DNA of 64,000 nucleotides from Escherichia coli (GTDB lineage Bacteria; Pseudomonadota; Gammaproteobacteria; Enterobacterales; Enterobacteriaceae): NCBI RefSeq assembly GCF_024223415.1, contig NZ_CP100501.1; one strand, 5' to 3'. Shown piece by piece: positions 61,496 to 64,000 of this stretch (position 1 is its first letter; each line of letters starts with the position of its first letter). The notes under the pieces were generated by a model. It saw only the letters and a program-made list of their open reading frames with translations, ran no database searches and was not told where the DNA came from. The position numbers and the translations under genes were made by a program.

Positions 61496-62124
61496 GTGAA
61501 TATCTCCGAAGTGCGGAAAACGGAATCAGGGAGGAGGGTTAGTGCATACAGTGATGCGCAGAGAAACGGGGCGAACGGCAGTGCCTGCTGATGTCTGTGA
61601 CGGCAGAAGAGGAGGATAAACAGAAATGCCCCGGAAGCTGCGGCGGTGATTAGCAGCGGCGTGTGTTGTGGCTGTGTCCACATTGCAATTCCTGCTATCA
61701 GGAATACATCACCAAGGCCGAGTGCTTCTGTTCCTTTTGCCGTTATGAAAAACTGCCGTAGCAGGTATGTCATGCCGAACCAGAGTGATGCGTTGAGGAG
61801 GCTGTATGTGAGCTCCTCCAGGCTGTACCTGAACGCTGCCCCCAGAACAATCAGTGAAAGCGTGAATATCCGGGGAAGCCGACAGACGGCGATGTCCGTC
61901 AGCGTCATTACAGTTAATAATCCCGTCAGAATGGAAAGGAATAACAGCCCCGTGGCTTCAACACCATATGCGCCGTTGAGGCTGACACTCACTATGGCCA
62001 GAAGGCAACACACGTACACCACCGGCCTGGGCGGCCGGGTGTCGTGTACTGCTGACAGGTAGAGAGCGGCGGTGATGTATGCAAGATAAAGAATAACCGC
62101 CAGGATGATGATTATTATTGTCAT
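61492..62124 (-). CDS. pilU: PilU prepilin peptidase
   Basis: Polytopic membrane protein; position between pilT and pilV. Confidence 0.7.
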   Translation of the reverse strand: MTIIIIILAVILYLAYITAALYLSAVHDTRPPRPVVYVCCLLAIVSVSLNGAYGVEATGLLFLSILTGLLTVMTLTDIAVCRLPRIFTLSLIVLGAAFRYSLEELTYSLLNASLWFGMTYLLRQFFITAKGTEALGLGDVFLIAGIAMWTQPQHTPLLITAAASGAFLFILLFCRHRHQQALPFAPFLCASLYALTLLPDSVFRTSEIFT

Positions 62125-62158
62125 GCTCAGTAATGCGCTCACCGTCACCTCGTATTTA

Positions 62159-62635
62159 TTAATATTGTCTGAAATACCGGTTGTGGATTTTTCGGGCATA
62201 TATCATGCGCCGGGCTGTGTTATTTTTGCTGAATCCTGCGTTGTAACTGCCAAGGCATTCCCAGTTAACGCCGCAGCGTTGAAAATGGCGGGCCAGTATC
62301 CAGGCACCGGTATGAATATTCAGGCAGGGCTTTTTAAGCAGTTCATCCTTGTTTTTAATGACGCCCAGTTTTTTCAGTTCAGGAATATGCACTGAATTAA
62401 TCTGCATTATTCCGTAATCCGTACTGATGATTTTTCCGGATTTGTTTTTATTGTGATTTATCGCAGTGGCGACCAGGCCGCTTTCCTGCTGTGCAATGGT
62501 TTTCAGAAGCTCAGGGGCAATCAGGTAACGTTTTCCGGCCTGAATAAAACAGGAATCGAGATGATTATTATTCATCACAGATGCGATTGATGTGTGACTG
62601 AATAAAAGCAGGACAGAGAGATATAACCATTTCAT
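62159..62635 (-). CDS. pilT: PilT-like lytic transglycosylase
   Basis: Signal peptide; ESGLVATAIN...GIMQIN lytic transglycosylase motif. Confidence 0.7.
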   Translation of the reverse strand: MKWLYLSVLLLFSHTSIASVMNNNHLDSCFIQAGKRYLIAPELLKTIAQQESGLVATAINHNKNKSGKIISTDYGIMQINSVHIPELKKLGVIKNKDELLKKPCLNIHTGAWILARHFQRCGVNWECLGSYNAGFSKNNTARRMIYARKIHNRYFRQY

Positions 62636-62693
62636 TATGATAATCCCGGCAGTGACAGCATCCTCTGGTATTTAAGGATGCTGTCCGGAAACA

Positions 62694-63230
62694 TTAGCTG
62701 TTTGTTTCAAGGGTGATGTTATTTTTGTCGTTACTACATACTGTTACGGGATCCACAGTAGCCGGGGCGGTATTCATGATTTTGGTAAACATGGATGAAC
62801 TGCGCAGGCTGTTAATGAGTTCCACGCAATTTTCTTTCGGTACATTATTGCTGGTAATCGTATAACCATACTTATCTGCCGTTGCCTTAATGGTGACATC
62901 ACCGCCCCAGGCATTTTTGGCCTTGTTACCACCGGCGATCATATCGGCCGGCAGGGAACCACTCTGCGTCAGCGTTTTGATATAATCACTGCTGGTATAT
63001 TGTCCCTGGAACTTGTACTGCTTCATTTTGGTTGCAATGGTCTGCAGGTTTTTCAGTTCGCGCTGGTTATCACTGGATGACATGGTACTGGACATCTGAC
63101 TTATTGCGAGAGCAACCACAATACCGATAATAATCAGTGCGCTGGCAATTTCCAGTAAGGTTAAACCTTTATCCTCCTCTTTCTCTTTTTTTAAAGCAAA
63201 ATAAGAATAAAGACATGATCTGAAGTTCAT
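62694..63230 (-). CDS. pilS: PilS type IV prepilin (major pilin)
   Basis: KGLTLLEIASALIIIGIVVAL prepilin cleavage/N-methylation motif. Confidence 0.8.
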   Translation of the reverse strand: MNFRSCLYSYFALKKEKEEDKGLTLLEIASALIIIGIVVALAISQMSSTMSSSDNQRELKNLQTIATKMKQYKFQGQYTSSDYIKTLTQSGSLPADMIAGGNKAKNAWGGDVTIKATADKYGYTITSNNVPKENCVELINSLRSSSMFTKIMNTAPATVDPVTVCSNDKNNITLETNS

Positions 63231-63279
63231 ATATCACTCCTGGTTTATGGGATGTTTCAGAAATATTCTGTATGCGGGA

Positions 63280-64000
63280 TTATTGTTTCAGCATGTCGCT
63301 GATACTGTAGATGGCAGATATCATGTTAAGAATAAAAAAGAAGACAAAACCTCCTGATATACCAGTAATAATTAATCCAATTCGTTTTACCCGTTTTTTT
63401 GCTTCCTCCAGCCACTGATCGGCATAGAGTGCCATGGTTGCCACACTGTCCTCCCTTTCGGAGTTCAGGAGCAGTTTATTGATGCATATTCTGGACGGAA
63501 AATCGTAACCGGAATTTCGCATTGCTGTGGCCAGATTCTGACCGGATAATACATGTTTTCGTATTGCCTGAATTCTCTCCTTTAACCATTTATTCTTTTC
63601 TGCACCTTTTTCCATTCGGAGCAGCGCCTGCGAAAGAGGAATATTAATCTGCAGCATGGATGAAATACTGAACAGATAATTCACCCCGTGTAAGGTCTGA
63701 TACAGTGACCAGGGGGGAGCCTTGTCCAGCATCCTCCGGCCGGGGCCGGTATACCGGCTGAATGAAAAACGGATCAGAAGCGTCAGGGCGAAAATGGTCC
63801 CACAGAGCCAGAATCCGTACCCGATGAAAAATTCCGACATGCCGGCAAGCAATTTCATCTGGAATGACCATTTATCTTCTGAAGCAAACGCACTGACGAT
63901 GGGGATGATACGGGTATGGGCGTTGTACATATTCACCACACAGAGCGAAAGCAGCAGAAGGGGGTAGAGGCAGACGGCAATGAGGCTGGATGTCATTTCC
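63280..64000 (-). CDS. pilR: PilR-like (GspF/PilC family) pilus platform protein, 5' part beyond window
   Basis: C-terminal 238 aa with TM helices; gene runs off the window edge. Confidence 0.65.
   Translation of the reverse strand, partial: EMTSSLIAVCLYPLLLLSLCVVNMYNAHTRIIPIVSAFASEDKWSFQMKLLAGMSEFFIGYGFWLCGTIFALTLLIRFSFSRYTGPGRRMLDKAPPWSLYQTLHGVNYLFSISSMLQINIPLSQALLRMEKGAEKNKWLKERIQAIRKHVLSGQNLATAMRNSGYDFPSRICINKLLLNSEREDSVATMALYADQWLEEAKKRVKRIGLIITGISGGFVFFFILNMISAIYSISDMLKQ

Overview
This window reads as a contiguous segment of an IncI-complex (IncI1/R64-like) conjugative plasmid from Enterobacteriaceae, identified by gene order, protein sizes and motifs read directly from the sequence; no database search was run. 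Layout: (1) 1-7865, leading region with psiB-psiA, ardA, an Rpn-family nuclease gene and two ~330-bp near-identical repeats that look like Frpo/ssi-type single-strand promoters, each directly upstream of an uncharacterised gene; (2) ~7990-11138, oriT with nikA-nikB relaxosome genes; (3) 11207-18708, a MazEF/PemIK-like toxin-antitoxin pair followed by an IS cluster (IS256-family remnants, two inverted IS629-like copies, an intact IS2 with AAGAG target duplication); (4) 18963-36243 and 41956-57790, the IncI transfer region (trbCBA, nuc, pndAC, excA, traY to traE, sog primase; individual tra letters are assigned from synteny and size only); (5) 36535-41994, a 5.46-kb Tn3-family transposon with ATGAA target duplication, carrying a disrupted tnpA, tnpR, a secreted EEP-family passenger gene and an IS2::IS1 hybrid; (6) 58794-64000, rci with a one-segment shufflon and pilV-U-T-S-R. 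The best candidates for something undescribed are the promoter-repeat-driven unknown genes of the leading region, the rpn gene with a separate downstream gene resembling an Rpn C-terminal domain, and the small-gene module at 25019-26687. Coordinates for CDS are anchored to the ORF track; repeat and IS boundaries were counted by hand and may be off by a few bp.
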